In this document: positions 46,767 through 55,852 of the stretch, piece by piece
Position numbering within the stretch: position 1 is the stretch's first letter
Layout of the letters: every line of letters starts with the position of its first letter
DNA from: Desulfobacteraceae bacterium
GTDB taxonomy: Bacteria; Desulfobacterota; Desulfobacteria; Desulfobacterales; UBA5852
Direction of reading: 5' to 3'
DNA: 64,000 nucleotides
Assembly (NCBI GenBank): GCA_014237395.1
Contig: JABZFP010000041.1
Coordinates: 273,742 to 337,741, forward strand
Made by a program: the position numbers and the translations under genes
Notes under the pieces: generated by a model
Seen by the model: only the letters and a program-made list of their open reading frames with translations
Database searches by the model: none
What the model was told of the DNA's origin: nothing

Positions 46767-47081
46767 CTAATTGATCGTAATGCTGTCGACTTTGACCGCC
46801 GTGTACTGCTGGCGATGTCCCTGCTTGCGGCGATATCGTTTACGACGTTTATACTTGAAGACGAGAATTTTTTTGGCTTGTCCCTGCTCGACAACGGTGC
46901 CTTTCACGGCCACGTTGTCAAGGCGAGGGGTGCCGACCTGTACATTTTCGCCGTCGGCCACCATCAATACATCGTCAAACGTAATTTCGCCGCCAACGTC
47001 GCCGGGGAGTTTTTCGACTCTGAAGGTTTCGCCTTCCTGGACTTTATATTGTTTACCACCTGATTTGACCACCGCGTACAT
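46767..47081 (-). CDS. rplU: 50S ribosomal protein L21.
   Basis: MYAVVKSGGKQYKVQEG...FKYKRRK. Confidence 0.95.
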   Translation of the reverse strand: MYAVVKSGGKQYKVQEGETFRVEKLPGDVGGEITFDDVLMVADGENVQVGTPRLDNVAVKGTVVEQGQAKKILVFKYKRRKRYRRKQGHRQQYTAVKVDSITIN

Positions 47082-47183
47082 GCCGCGCCTCCTTTAACGA
47101 TGCGAGCCGATTCGCGGCTCACTCTACGCTTGGGCTCCTTGTGATTCGGCTTCGTTCAGCCGGGAGCTTGGTTAGCTATCTCA

Positions 47184-47211
47184 AAATCAGGGAATATTAC
47201 TTTATCCGCGC
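47184..47211 (-). promoter_or_regulatory. Candidate sigma-70 promoter of the rplU-rpmA-obg-proB-nadD-rsfS operon.
   Basis: Minus strand reads TTGACA-N16-TAATAT, about 100 nt upstream of the rplU ATG. Confidence 0.5.
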
Positions 47212-47373
47212 GACTTGTCAAGCAAAAAGTGCAGTAATGGGCTTTAACGCGTATGGTCCCCGATGATACGACGGTCAGCATCGCGGCGTTGACATTCATC
47301 GTGCATAAAGCCTACAACCCCAGGCAAATAGAAGGCGGGAGCCTCGAACCATCAATACGAAAAGGGATGTTGT

Positions 47374-48183
47374 ATGCATCGCCATAAACCATCTGCGGCA
47401 TTACCATGGTCGCCCGAATCCGGATATCGCCAGAACGACGCCATGGATCTGATTGCCGAAGAACCGCTCTCGATTCGCGTTCAGGGGCGACCTTACGTGG
47501 TCGTCATGCGGACCCCGGGAGACGAATTGGCTCACGCGGCAGGTCTCTGTCTGGCGGAAGGGCTTGTCCATGATCAGGCCGATATCGCCCAACTGGCGTT
47601 TTGCGACGGAGACGACACCAACACCGTTACGGTAACCCTCCAGGAGAACTGTGCCCGCCGCCTGGCACAAAAGGGAGACCGCCGGGCCTATATCAGTCAG
47701 ACAGGTTGCGGCTTGTGCGGCAAAGAGCTCATTCAGGATCTTTACACCGAAATTCGACCGATCGCCGATCAAAGGGCGGTCCCGATAGCCGCGGCATGGA
47801 CAGCACTGTCCGGCCTCCATCACCATCAACCGTTGCGGGCGCAGACCCGGGCGGCCCACGCGGCCGCGCTTCATGATCGGGAGGGCCGCCTTCTGGCCGT
47901 GGCCGAAGACGTGGGGCGCCACAATGCCTTGGACAAGGTCATCGGGCGGTTGTTTCTGGATAAGCAATTATCCGAGGCGGCCATGGTGGTGCTCTCCTCG
48001 CGCATCAGCTATGAACTTGTCCAGAAGGCGGCCTGCGCTCGTATTCCCATTATGGTGGCCGTTTCCCGGCCGACGGCGCTGGCCGTGGCCCTGGCGGAGA
48101 GCTTGAACATGACCTTGGCGACCCGGCGACCCGGGGACGGTTTCTGGGTCTATACCGGGGCGAATCGATTTCAGACGGATTAG
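47374..48183 (+). CDS. fdhD: Formate dehydrogenase accessory sulfurtransferase FdhD.
   Basis: GCGLCGKE active-site loop. EDVGRHNALDK motif. Confidence 0.85.
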   Translation: MHRHKPSAALPWSPESGYRQNDAMDLIAEEPLSIRVQGRPYVVVMRTPGDELAHAAGLCLAEGLVHDQADIAQLAFCDGDDTNTVTVTLQENCARRLAQKGDRRAYISQTGCGLCGKELIQDLYTEIRPIADQRAVPIAAAWTALSGLHHHQPLRAQTRAAHAAALHDREGRLLAVAEDVGRHNALDKVIGRLFLDKQLSEAAMVVLSSRISYELVQKAACARIPIMVAVSRPTALAVALAESLNMTLATRRPGDGFWVYTGANRFQTD

Positions 48184-48240
48184 CTGGCCGACGCCTTATA
48201 TCCGGCGGCCACAAATCCGCTGGATACCGGCGAACAAAAA

Positions 48241-48280
48241 ACGGCGCCTTTCCTTCAAGCGGGAAAGGCGCCGTTTTTTT
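48241..48280. terminator. Bidirectional rho-independent terminator between fdhD and dsrP.
   Basis: AAAAA-ACGGCGCCTTTCC-ttcaagc-GGGAAAGGCGCCGT-TTTTTTT. Confidence 0.8.
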
Positions 48281-48297
48281 ACTGTCGTATCGGGGTA

Positions 48298-49461
48298 TTA
48301 GGCGCGGACTTCCTCCTTAACACCGATGGTGATTTTATAAAAGATGGTCAGGACCAGGGCGCCGACGGCATAGACGCCGATGGTGATCATGACCTCGGGA
48401 AACGTCGGTAGGTACTCGTTGACTTCGTGCAGCGGGTTGGGCACGAAGCCGGCCGAGATCAGGCCGAGACCCTTGTCGATCCAGGCACCGATAAACAGCA
48501 TGACGCAGGCCACCGCCAACACACCTTCGTTTTGACGGGTGATGGGCGGGATCAGCAAGATCAGGGCCAGCACCATCAGGGCCATCGATGACCACATCCA
48601 GGGCACCAGCACCCCGTGTCCATGAATGCCCACGAACAGGTATTTGATATGGTCCATGTGTCCCGGAATACCGCTGTAAAACGCCACAAAAAGCTCACAA
48701 CCGAAGAAAAACAGGTTGGCGATAAGGGCGTAGGTGATGATTTTGGCCAGGGTCTGGATTTGTTCGCGACCGGGATCGAAATTGGACACTTTGCGAATAA
48801 TGAGGGCCAGGAGGACCAGCAGCGCCGGCCCTGCGGCAAAAGCCGATGCCAGAAAGCGCGGCGCCAGGATGGCCGTCAACCAGAAGTGACGTCCGGGCAG
48901 ACCGCAGTACAGAAAGGCTGTCACGGTATGGATGCTGATGGCGAAGGGAATGGAAAGATAGATCAGCGGTTTCACCCAGGCGGGATAATGGGTCCCGTTG
49001 CGTTCCGCCTGCAGCACGTTCCAGCCGACGATCAGATTAAGAAACAGGTAACCGTTGAGGACGAGCATGTCATAGAACAGCATCGAGCGGGGCGAGGGGT
49101 GCAGAATGACGTTCAAGACCCGCATGGGCTGCCCCAGGTCCACTACCACGCTCAGCATACAGACGATCAGCGAGGCAATCGCCAGAAATTCCCCCAGCAC
49201 GGTGATGCGCCCGAAGGCCTTATAATCGTGCAGGTAACAGGGCAGCACCACCATTACACCACCGGCGGCCACACCCACCATGTAGGTCAGCTGGGCGATA
49301 TAAAAGCCCCAGGAAACGTCCCGGCTGAGGCCTGTGATGCCGAGACCGAATTTGAGCTGCCACAGATAAAACCCGAATCCCACCCCGATCAGGCCCAGCA
49401 GGATAGCGATCCATCCGTAGTATTTCTTGTCTCCTTTTATCGCATATTCAAGCATAGCCAC
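48298..49461 (-). CDS. dsrP: DsrP, NrfD/PsrC-family integral membrane quinone-interacting subunit.
   Basis: About 10 TM helices. Last gene of the M-K-J-O-P order. Confidence 0.85.
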   Translation of the reverse strand: MAMLEYAIKGDKKYYGWIAILLGLIGVGFGFYLWQLKFGLGITGLSRDVSWGFYIAQLTYMVGVAAGGVMVVLPCYLHDYKAFGRITVLGEFLAIASLIVCMLSVVVDLGQPMRVLNVILHPSPRSMLFYDMLVLNGYLFLNLIVGWNVLQAERNGTHYPAWVKPLIYLSIPFAISIHTVTAFLYCGLPGRHFWLTAILAPRFLASAFAAGPALLVLLALIIRKVSNFDPGREQIQTLAKIITYALIANLFFFGCELFVAFYSGIPGHMDHIKYLFVGIHGHGVLVPWMWSSMALMVLALILLIPPITRQNEGVLAVACVMLFIGAWIDKGLGLISAGFVPNPLHEVNEYLPTFPEVMITIGVYAVGALVLTIFYKITIGVKEEVRA

Positions 49462-49462
49462 C

Positions 49463-50269
49463 TCATATGATGTAGTAGACCGCAGGGCCGGTCCCGAGGG
49501 AAACCTTGCGGCGAATGGTGTAATGTTCTCTCAGCACCTCTCGGATCTCCGAGTGGGGGTCTTCCAGATCACCGAAAACCATGGCCCCTTCGGACGCCTC
49601 GACACAGGCCGGAGGCTGACCGACCGCCAGGCGCTCCGCACAGAAGTTGCATTTTTCAACAACGCCCTTGGTGCGGGTGGGAAAGGCCAGGTTGGTTTTC
49701 TCGATGAAGGGCCGCGGGTCGCGCAAGTTAAAGCTGCGCGAGCCATAGGGGCAGGCCGCCATACAGAAGCGGCAGCCGATGCAGCGGTGAAAATCCATGA
49801 GCACGATGCCGTCGGGCCGTTTGAAGGTCGCCTGGGTGGGGCAGGCCTGAACGCAGGGGGGCTCTTCACAGTGGTTGCAGAGCACCAGGAAGGGACGCTC
49901 CTCGACGTCTTCACTCAGGTATTGGGGACGCAGGTCCGTGAAAGCGTTGTGATAATGGGTTTCCCAGATCCACTTGATCTCATGGCGGGTGGCCACTTTT
50001 TGGCCGACTTTTGCGGCGGAGATGTTGGGGACGTTATGGGTCGAATGACACGCTTCGATGATATGTTCGACCTTCTCATGGTCCAGTTTGGTGGTGTCAA
50101 TCACGAGACCCCATTGTTTGGCGGTAAGGGCGTCATCCCCTTTGCGCATATGCGGCGCTGCACCATGGCCGCCGGAAGCGGCGACGGCATCGATCACCGG
50201 CGCGGTACCCATCCCCAGGGCGGCGATACCGGCAATTTTCAGAAATCGTCTTCTGCTGTCTTCCATCAC
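49463..50269 (-). CDS. dsrO: DsrO, periplasmic 4Fe-4S ferredoxin-like subunit.
   Basis: Tat signal SRRRFLK. Several CxxCxxCxxxCP clusters (CNHCEEPPCVQACP, CIGCRFCMAACP). Confidence 0.85.
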   Translation of the reverse strand: MMEDSRRRFLKIAGIAALGMGTAPVIDAVAASGGHGAAPHMRKGDDALTAKQWGLVIDTTKLDHEKVEHIIEACHSTHNVPNISAAKVGQKVATRHEIKWIWETHYHNAFTDLRPQYLSEDVEERPFLVLCNHCEEPPCVQACPTQATFKRPDGIVLMDFHRCIGCRFCMAACPYGSRSFNLRDPRPFIEKTNLAFPTRTKGVVEKCNFCAERLAVGQPPACVEASEGAMVFGDLEDPHSEIREVLREHYTIRRKVSLGTGPAVYYII

Positions 50270-50658
50270 TTGGTCTCCTTCGGATTATCGATGTGGCAAT
50301 CCCAGCAGTAAGGTTCAATGGAGGCATACTGATGGCAACGGTCACAGAATTCGGCTTTGTTGGAATGGCAATCCAGGCAGGTATTGGACAGGCTCATGTT
50401 GAATTCCTTGCCTTCGGCATTGACATAGATCCGTTCCGCTTTCCGCACCACTGTGTCGCGCCATTCATCCAGGAGCTGCATGTGGTTGGCTTTCATGAAC
50501 GCCGTATCCCGCACGCACACTTTAGCCGCCTGGGCTTTGGCGGTCAGGACCAGCTCAGGAGCCGGTGTTTTTTCAACAAACATATTGAACCAGAACGGAA
50601 ACGTCGCCACAACGAAAAATATGATGATTCCCGCGATGATTTTGCCTTTATCATTCAT
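50266..50658 (-). CDS. dsrJ: DsrJ, membrane-anchored triheme cytochrome c.
   Basis: Three CxxCH motifs (CLDCH, CDRCH, CWDCH). N-terminal anchor helix. 130 aa. Confidence 0.85.
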   Translation of the reverse strand: MNDKGKIIAGIIIFFVVATFPFWFNMFVEKTPAPELVLTAKAQAAKVCVRDTAFMKANHMQLLDEWRDTVVRKAERIYVNAEGKEFNMSLSNTCLDCHSNKAEFCDRCHQYASIEPYCWDCHIDNPKETK

Positions 50659-52285
50659 CAGCCTCTTCCTCCATTCCCGGCAGGGGCTCCCCGCGCAGAT
50701 CGGTCTCTCGCTTTTTCTCGCCCGGCAGGATCAGCGCGTTACCCACTAATTCGTGAACGCCGGTGACATCGGCGCCGGTCTCCCAGTAGTTCATCAGGTC
50801 GGGCAAGGCCGCACGGTCGATGGCGCACACGCAGGCCAGCATATTGACGTCGAATTTATCGGCCATGTATTTTACGGCATTGGCGCGCGGCAGGCCGCCG
50901 CACATCCGCAGCTCCATGTCTTCACCGGCATTCAACCCCGAACCACTGCCGCAGCAGAAGGTGTTTTCACGGATGGTGTTGGCCGGCATCTCATAGAAAT
51001 GGTTGGCCACATTGTTGATGACATAGCGCGGTTCTTCCAGCAGCCCCATCCCGCGGGCCGGGTTGCAGGAATCGTGGAAGGTGATTTTCAGGTTATCGTT
51101 GCGGCGGGGGTCCAGGTCCAGCTTGCCGTGCTTGATCAAATCGGCTGTGAATTCCGTAATGTGAACCATTTTGGTAGAGGCCGCATTTTCGAAGGTGGTG
51201 CCGGTAATGGGATTGACCGGCACTTCCAGATGATCAGCCGGGCCGTTCATGGTGTCCATGTACTGATGGATCACCCGCCACATATGGCCGCACTCACCGC
51301 CCAAAATCCACTTGACCCCTAAACGCTTGGCTTCGGCATACATCTTGGCATTCAGCCGCTTCATGGTTTCATGGGAGGTGAAAAAGCCGAAGTTGCCGCC
51401 TTCCGAGGCGTAGGTGCTCCAGGTGACATCCAGCCCGTACTTGTCTTTGAGGAACTGGAACAGCATCAGGTATCCCATGCAGGTGTAAGTGCCCGGGTCG
51501 GCAAACACGTCGCCGGAGGGGGTGATAAAGAGAATATCCGCCCCTTTTTTGTTGTAGTTGGGCGTACAGTTGACCCCGGTAATTTCTTCGATGTCCTCCA
51601 CGAAGAATTCCAGCATGTCCTTGAAGGCGTGGGGCTGAATTCCAAGATGGTTGCCGGTCTGGTAGCAGTTGGACACCGGCGTGGCGATCCAGTCGATGTT
51701 AAGGCCCAGGAGGTTCAGCAGTTCCCGGCCCATGATGGTGATTTCGGCCGTATCGATGCCGTAGGGGCAGAACACCGAGCAGCGCCGGCATTCCGAGCAC
51801 TGGAAGAAATAGTACCACCACTCTTTGAGCACCTCCAGGGTCATCGGTCGGGCGCCGGCCAGGCGGCCCAGGATTTTACCGGCCTTGGTAAAGTCGTTGC
51901 GATAGACCGAGCGCAGGAGTTCCGCCCGTAGAACCGGCATGTTTTTGGGGTCGCCGGTGCCGATGAAATAATGGCATTTGTCGGCGCAGGCCCCGCAACG
52001 GACGCAGATGTCCATGAACACTTTGAAGGAGCGGAATTTTTCCAGCCTCTCCTTGAGTCCATTGTGCAGGATTTCCTGCCAGTTGTCCGGCAGCAGCCAG
52101 TCCTCCTCAAGCGGATTCCACTTGCGCACGTTGGGTGCGCTCAGCGTCTCCATGCTTTTGGGGTTGGCCGAGTAGCAGTACATTCCCGGGCGAATGTCCA
52201 CGGGAATGTCCATCCAATCTTTCCCTTTGGGCGGCCGATGATCTATGTGCGAAAATAGCTCATCGCTTTTGGGCAGGTCACTCAT
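50651..52285 (-). CDS. dsrK: DsrK, HdrD-like cytoplasmic iron-sulfur subunit with CCG domains.
   Basis: CVRCGACADKC and CSECRRCSVFCP ferredoxin motifs. CCG-type motifs (FHDSCNP..., TFCCGSGSG). Confidence 0.9.
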   Translation of the reverse strand: MSDLPKSDELFSHIDHRPPKGKDWMDIPVDIRPGMYCYSANPKSMETLSAPNVRKWNPLEEDWLLPDNWQEILHNGLKERLEKFRSFKVFMDICVRCGACADKCHYFIGTGDPKNMPVLRAELLRSVYRNDFTKAGKILGRLAGARPMTLEVLKEWWYYFFQCSECRRCSVFCPYGIDTAEITIMGRELLNLLGLNIDWIATPVSNCYQTGNHLGIQPHAFKDMLEFFVEDIEEITGVNCTPNYNKKGADILFITPSGDVFADPGTYTCMGYLMLFQFLKDKYGLDVTWSTYASEGGNFGFFTSHETMKRLNAKMYAEAKRLGVKWILGGECGHMWRVIHQYMDTMNGPADHLEVPVNPITGTTFENAASTKMVHITEFTADLIKHGKLDLDPRRNDNLKITFHDSCNPARGMGLLEEPRYVINNVANHFYEMPANTIRENTFCCGSGSGLNAGEDMELRMCGGLPRANAVKYMADKFDVNMLACVCAIDRAALPDLMNYWETGADVTGVHELVGNALILPGEKKRETDLRGEPLPGMEEEADE

Positions 52286-52291
52286 CGTGTA

Positions 52292-53302
52292 TTACTCCTT
52301 TTTATCCACAGGCAGTCCAGCCTCGATCATTTTTTCCCTGAAATCATCTTCATACTCTTCATAAGTATGGACATTTACCGGGTAGTTCCATGGGTTCACG
52401 TGGCGAACAGCGCGGGTGTTATTGGCCATGTTGCGCGTCGGGCTGAGGAAAATACCGCCCATGTGCATCAGCTTGCTCCAGGGGAAATAGACCAGCAGCA
52501 CGCTGACAAAAAACACGTGGATATAGAAGATGCTGCCGATCCCCTGCATCTTCGCCAGAGACGGCAGGTTGAAAGACACCAGGCCGTAAGTGAGCTCCTT
52601 GGCAGCGGTGACATCGATTTTTGCAAAGTAGCGCATGAAGATGCCGGTGAATACGATGCCGAAAATCAGGAACAGCGGGAAAAAGTCCGATGCCAGCGAT
52701 ATCATCCGGATGTTGGGCAGGTAGACCCGCCGGACGAAAAGAAACAGGACCGTACCCAGCAGCGCGAAACTCGACATGGAAATGACCGGCTGTCCGATCT
52801 GGACAAAGGTGTCAATTTTTTCCAGAATTTCAAAAGGAAGGGGTAGTGGTTCCAGAAAAAAACGGGCGTGGCGCAAAATGACAACGAAGAAGGTGTAATG
52901 GAAGGCCAGGGCAAAGAGCCACAGCCACAGTTCGATGTCGTAGCTGATGCGTCCGTCCGGGTTGACCCGCATGCGCGTATTGCGGAAGAGAGACCGAAAG
53001 GTCACCACTTCGAAAAACATCCGGGCCACCACGCCTCCCGTGGTGAACGGGCTGTCAATGGCATTGAATTTGATCCATGGCAATGATTTGGCCTGGCCGG
53101 CCGTCGTGGGAATTTGGAACGGTACCGTGGAGCGCGCCCAATCCATCATGCGGAGGAAAAAGCCGACCAAAAAGACCACCACCGCGATGTAGGGCAAGAT
53201 CACGCCGAACAGCACCTGAAGGCCGAGGAGGTCACATCCTACCCAGGCAATCAGCGCCAGAACCAAAACGGCTAGAAAGGAATAGAAATACTTAACATTC
53301 AT
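52292..53302 (-). CDS. dsrM: DsrM, NarI-like dihaem cytochrome b membrane subunit.
   Basis: 5-6 TM helices with conserved His. First gene of the cluster. RBS GAGGTAAAGG. Confidence 0.9.
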   Translation of the reverse strand: MNVKYFYSFLAVLVLALIAWVGCDLLGLQVLFGVILPYIAVVVFLVGFFLRMMDWARSTVPFQIPTTAGQAKSLPWIKFNAIDSPFTTGGVVARMFFEVVTFRSLFRNTRMRVNPDGRISYDIELWLWLFALAFHYTFFVVILRHARFFLEPLPLPFEILEKIDTFVQIGQPVISMSSFALLGTVLFLFVRRVYLPNIRMISLASDFFPLFLIFGIVFTGIFMRYFAKIDVTAAKELTYGLVSFNLPSLAKMQGIGSIFYIHVFFVSVLLVYFPWSKLMHMGGIFLSPTRNMANNTRAVRHVNPWNYPVNVHTYEEYEDDFREKMIEAGLPVDKKE

Positions 53303-53392
53303 TGACCTTTACCTCACTTTGGGGCTTCCGGAGCGGCTTATTCGGGCACCGCCTTCCGGGAACCGATATTAAAATTAAAGAAGGTTATGACA

Positions 53393-53995
53393 TTAAGATA
53401 CCCCGGCATCCGGCTTGATGTCAGGATTAGCCCGCACCAGCCCGGCACGTGCAAAAGCGCGGTATATTTTGCTCTGCTCTTCGGTTGCCTTAATGGCGTA
53501 GATTTTTTCGCGGCAACGCACAAATATATCAAAGGCGATCAACAGCAGCCGGTCGATACGCGCTTCAAATTGCAGCAGCTGTGATTGCATATCCGCATCC
53601 TGCAGGTTGCTTTTAAGCGTGTCGCGGATAATTTTTTTAAGGTCGAGGATGAAGGCGGTGGCTTGAGATGGGGTAAACATGGTCTGGACCGCGCGAATGC
53701 GTATCAGGGCGTCCAGTTGCTGGGCCAGGTGGTCCGGGGCGGCGTTTTCAAGGAGGGCGTCCAACACAGCCTCGAGGGTTCGACGGGATGTCCCGCCGAC
53801 CGGATTGGTGAATGTGTCTTTGTTGGTTTTCAGGAAACGGGTGGTATCGGGCGGATAGGTGCCGGCCAGGATGGCAAACCAGTCATTCGCGATCTGCCGT
53901 TTATGTTTGGTTATGCGTTGTTCCAGCCTCATCTGACGGGATGGCTCGGTTTCAAGGGGCCATCCCCTCGAAAACGGCTTGGCTACTCCTTTCAT
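53393..53995 (-). CDS. Hypothetical protein, probably an RsbRD N-terminal-domain family protein. The start is uncertain: 53995 or 53932.
   Basis: W..L...YP......F.......F.NPVG pattern (WFAILAGTYPPDTTRFLKTNKDTFTNPVG). The family assignment comes from memory. Confidence 0.5.
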   Translation of the reverse strand: MKGVAKPFSRGWPLETEPSRQMRLEQRITKHKRQIANDWFAILAGTYPPDTTRFLKTNKDTFTNPVGGTSRRTLEAVLDALLENAAPDHLAQQLDALIRIRAVQTMFTPSQATAFILDLKKIIRDTLKSNLQDADMQSQLLQFEARIDRLLLIAFDIFVRCREKIYAIKATEEQSKIYRAFARAGLVRANPDIKPDAGVS

Positions 53996-54362
53996 TGCAT
54001 TCGGTATTCAATGCGGGCTTCGGGTAGAAAAGGCCCGATTTGAATCAAAATTCTATAGTCAAGTTGAGATTTTCTGTCAAGGAGATTTGGAGCGATCTCG
54101 ATAGGTTAGTTTTGGTCGTCCTAAATTCGTATTGCCTTCCGAAAGGGTGTTGCCCGGAGGCCTGCCGCAACGGTCGAGAGCCCCATCCAGACGGACTTTG
54201 CCAATGGTATTGACACGTGATGCAGTTGAAATGTCAACCAATTGCACAAGCGGCGCAAATCAACCGGGCAACCGCACTGTGCCTGATGTGGTGAAGGGGG
54301 TAAACGGTAATAAATTTAGCACTTTAGAAAAATTCGTGACAGCCATGTAAAAAAAGGGGGCA

Positions 54363-54378
54363 TGGCATGATACATGCT
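54363..54378 (+). promoter_or_regulatory. Candidate sigma-54 promoter.
   Basis: TGGCATGATACATGCT has correct GG-N10-GC spacing. The -12 is ATGCT. It lies 119 nt upstream of the ybjQ-like ATG. Confidence 0.3.
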
Positions 54379-54496
54379 GGTGCAATTGGTGTCCGGCAGG
54401 TATTTAGCATTGGCGATTGCATTTCATTCAACGGCGATTAGGCGTTCCCCCAGGTGCTTGCCCAAAAAACATACCATATAATGAAGGAGGGTACCT

Positions 54497-54847
54497 ATGG
54501 GTCGCTATGCCCGAGAAAAGCAAACCGTCGGCTATCCCTATGCCAGCGAGGAAGAGGATATCATCGTGTCCACCACCCCTCAGCTTGAGGGGTATGCCGT
54601 GGAGCGGTATATTGGTGTTGTGTCCGGCGACGTCGTGTTCAGCGCCAGCTTTACCCGAGTCGAACAGAATTTTGCAAGAGACCGGGCCATGGCCGTGCAC
54701 AGTATGGTGCGCAAAGCCAGGGAAATCGGCGCCAACGCGGTCATCGGGCTGAGTTTTAACTGCGGTTCTTTCCATCGACAGGGAACCAAAAAAGAACTCT
54801 GCTCGATTTCGGCTTATGGAACGGCGGTCAAAATAAGAACGAAGTGA
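54497..54847 (+). CDS. YbjQ/UPF0145 (DUF74) family protein.
   Basis: RBS GAAGGAGGG. IIVSTTPQLEGYAVERYIGVVSG...GANAVIGL...GTAVKI. Confidence 0.8.
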   Translation: MGRYAREKQTVGYPYASEEEDIIVSTTPQLEGYAVERYIGVVSGDVVFSASFTRVEQNFARDRAMAVHSMVRKAREIGANAVIGLSFNCGSFHRQGTKKELCSISAYGTAVKIRTK

Positions 54848-54965
54848 GATCCCGGATTGAAGCATCATATCGCCGAGGCAGCCTTAAGCTTCTGTTCCTG
54901 ACGCGACATTGGTTGCCGACCGCTGAGCGACCAACGTGTTGCTTTCTGATGGGCCGTCGCGGTCA

Positions 54966-55403
54966 TCAGGCCGGTCGCCGATAGCCGGCTTGCCAGTCTT
55001 TGCGGCTGTTTTGCCGACAATCGGTCAGGGCCTTGTAGAAAGCGCCGACGGCCAGCTCAGCGCAGTGAAAGTGGTCGGCCGGCAGGGTTTGCAGATAGTC
55101 CGCCACCATTTCAGGCGTGATTTTCCAGGCGGTTTCCAGGTCGTGGCCTTGAACGATTTCGGCCACGGCGTTGGCGCAGGCGTTGGTGTGCAGGCATCCA
55201 TCCAGTTCATAGGCGATTTCCTGAACCGCGCCATCCCGAACGACCACGAACATGGTAATGCTGTCCCGGCAGGCACCTACATTATGGCCTATGCCGGAGG
55301 GGTGCGCAGGGCGTTTTTGCCGGTCGGTGCGGAAGGCCATTTCCAGAAATACCAGGGCGTGTTCCTGCCAAAAATCCTCGTTCGTGTTTTTCGTTTCATC
55401 CAT
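54966..55403 (-). CDS. NifU N-terminal / IscU-like iron-sulfur cluster scaffold protein.
   Basis: Cysteines in GACRDSI, DGCLHTNACANA and HCAELA, as in IscU/NifU-N scaffolds. Confidence 0.75.
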   Translation of the reverse strand: MDETKNTNEDFWQEHALVFLEMAFRTDRQKRPAHPSGIGHNVGACRDSITMFVVVRDGAVQEIAYELDGCLHTNACANAVAEIVQGHDLETAWKITPEMVADYLQTLPADHFHCAELAVGAFYKALTDCRQNSRKDWQAGYRRPA

Positions 55404-55852
55404 ATCGTTTTCCGGACATCATTTCGCTTCTAAAGAATTGCCGCTGATGAAACCCTTTCACGGGCCGGCACCGTAGATAAAATCGTGTCCGCTGTCAATG
55501 GGTGCCGACGCCTTTATGCTGTTTGGGCCTTCACGACAACCAACGTTTTATCGTCTTCAGGAATGGTTACCTGCATTCGTGCAATCGTCCCGTGCGGCCT
55601 GCACGATGGTTTCAGCCGTTGCTTGCCACACATTTCCCACTGAGCATGGCGTACTTCCCAGATGAGAGGCCTCGCGTCGCCCTGAAATAGCGATAAAATG
55701 GCTGGCACTCCGGTGTTGCAACGTCATAAAAAGCGCCGCCCGGTGATCTGGCCCTGGTCATTTAACAGGGGGCGTCGATGTCGCTGACGATCTCGATATC
55801 CAGGGCAGATTGTGGGTCGGATACCGCTCCCTGACGCCATCGGCATGATGTG

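Noticed and set aside
47082-47183. A possible ribosomal-protein leader structure upstream of rplU, with a small GAGCCG/CGGCTC hairpin.
   Set aside because: It is a single 6-bp hairpin. I cannot match it to the known L21-leader motif by eye, so there is not enough evidence to call it a regulatory RNA.
54477-54482. A perfect TATAAT hexamer just upstream of the ybjQ-like gene.
   Set aside because: It sits only 15 nt from the ATG and directly abuts the SD, so a start there would remove the ribosome-binding site. There is no -35 element at 16-18 nt.
55404-55852. A 450-nt gap with two mutually antisense ORFs of about 62 aa (55502-55690 plus, 55514-55708 minus). I considered a degraded gene or a small protein.
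   Set aside because: Neither product has a recognisable motif, an SD or a signal sequence, and stops occur in all frames around them. I could not support a pseudogene call without a homology search.
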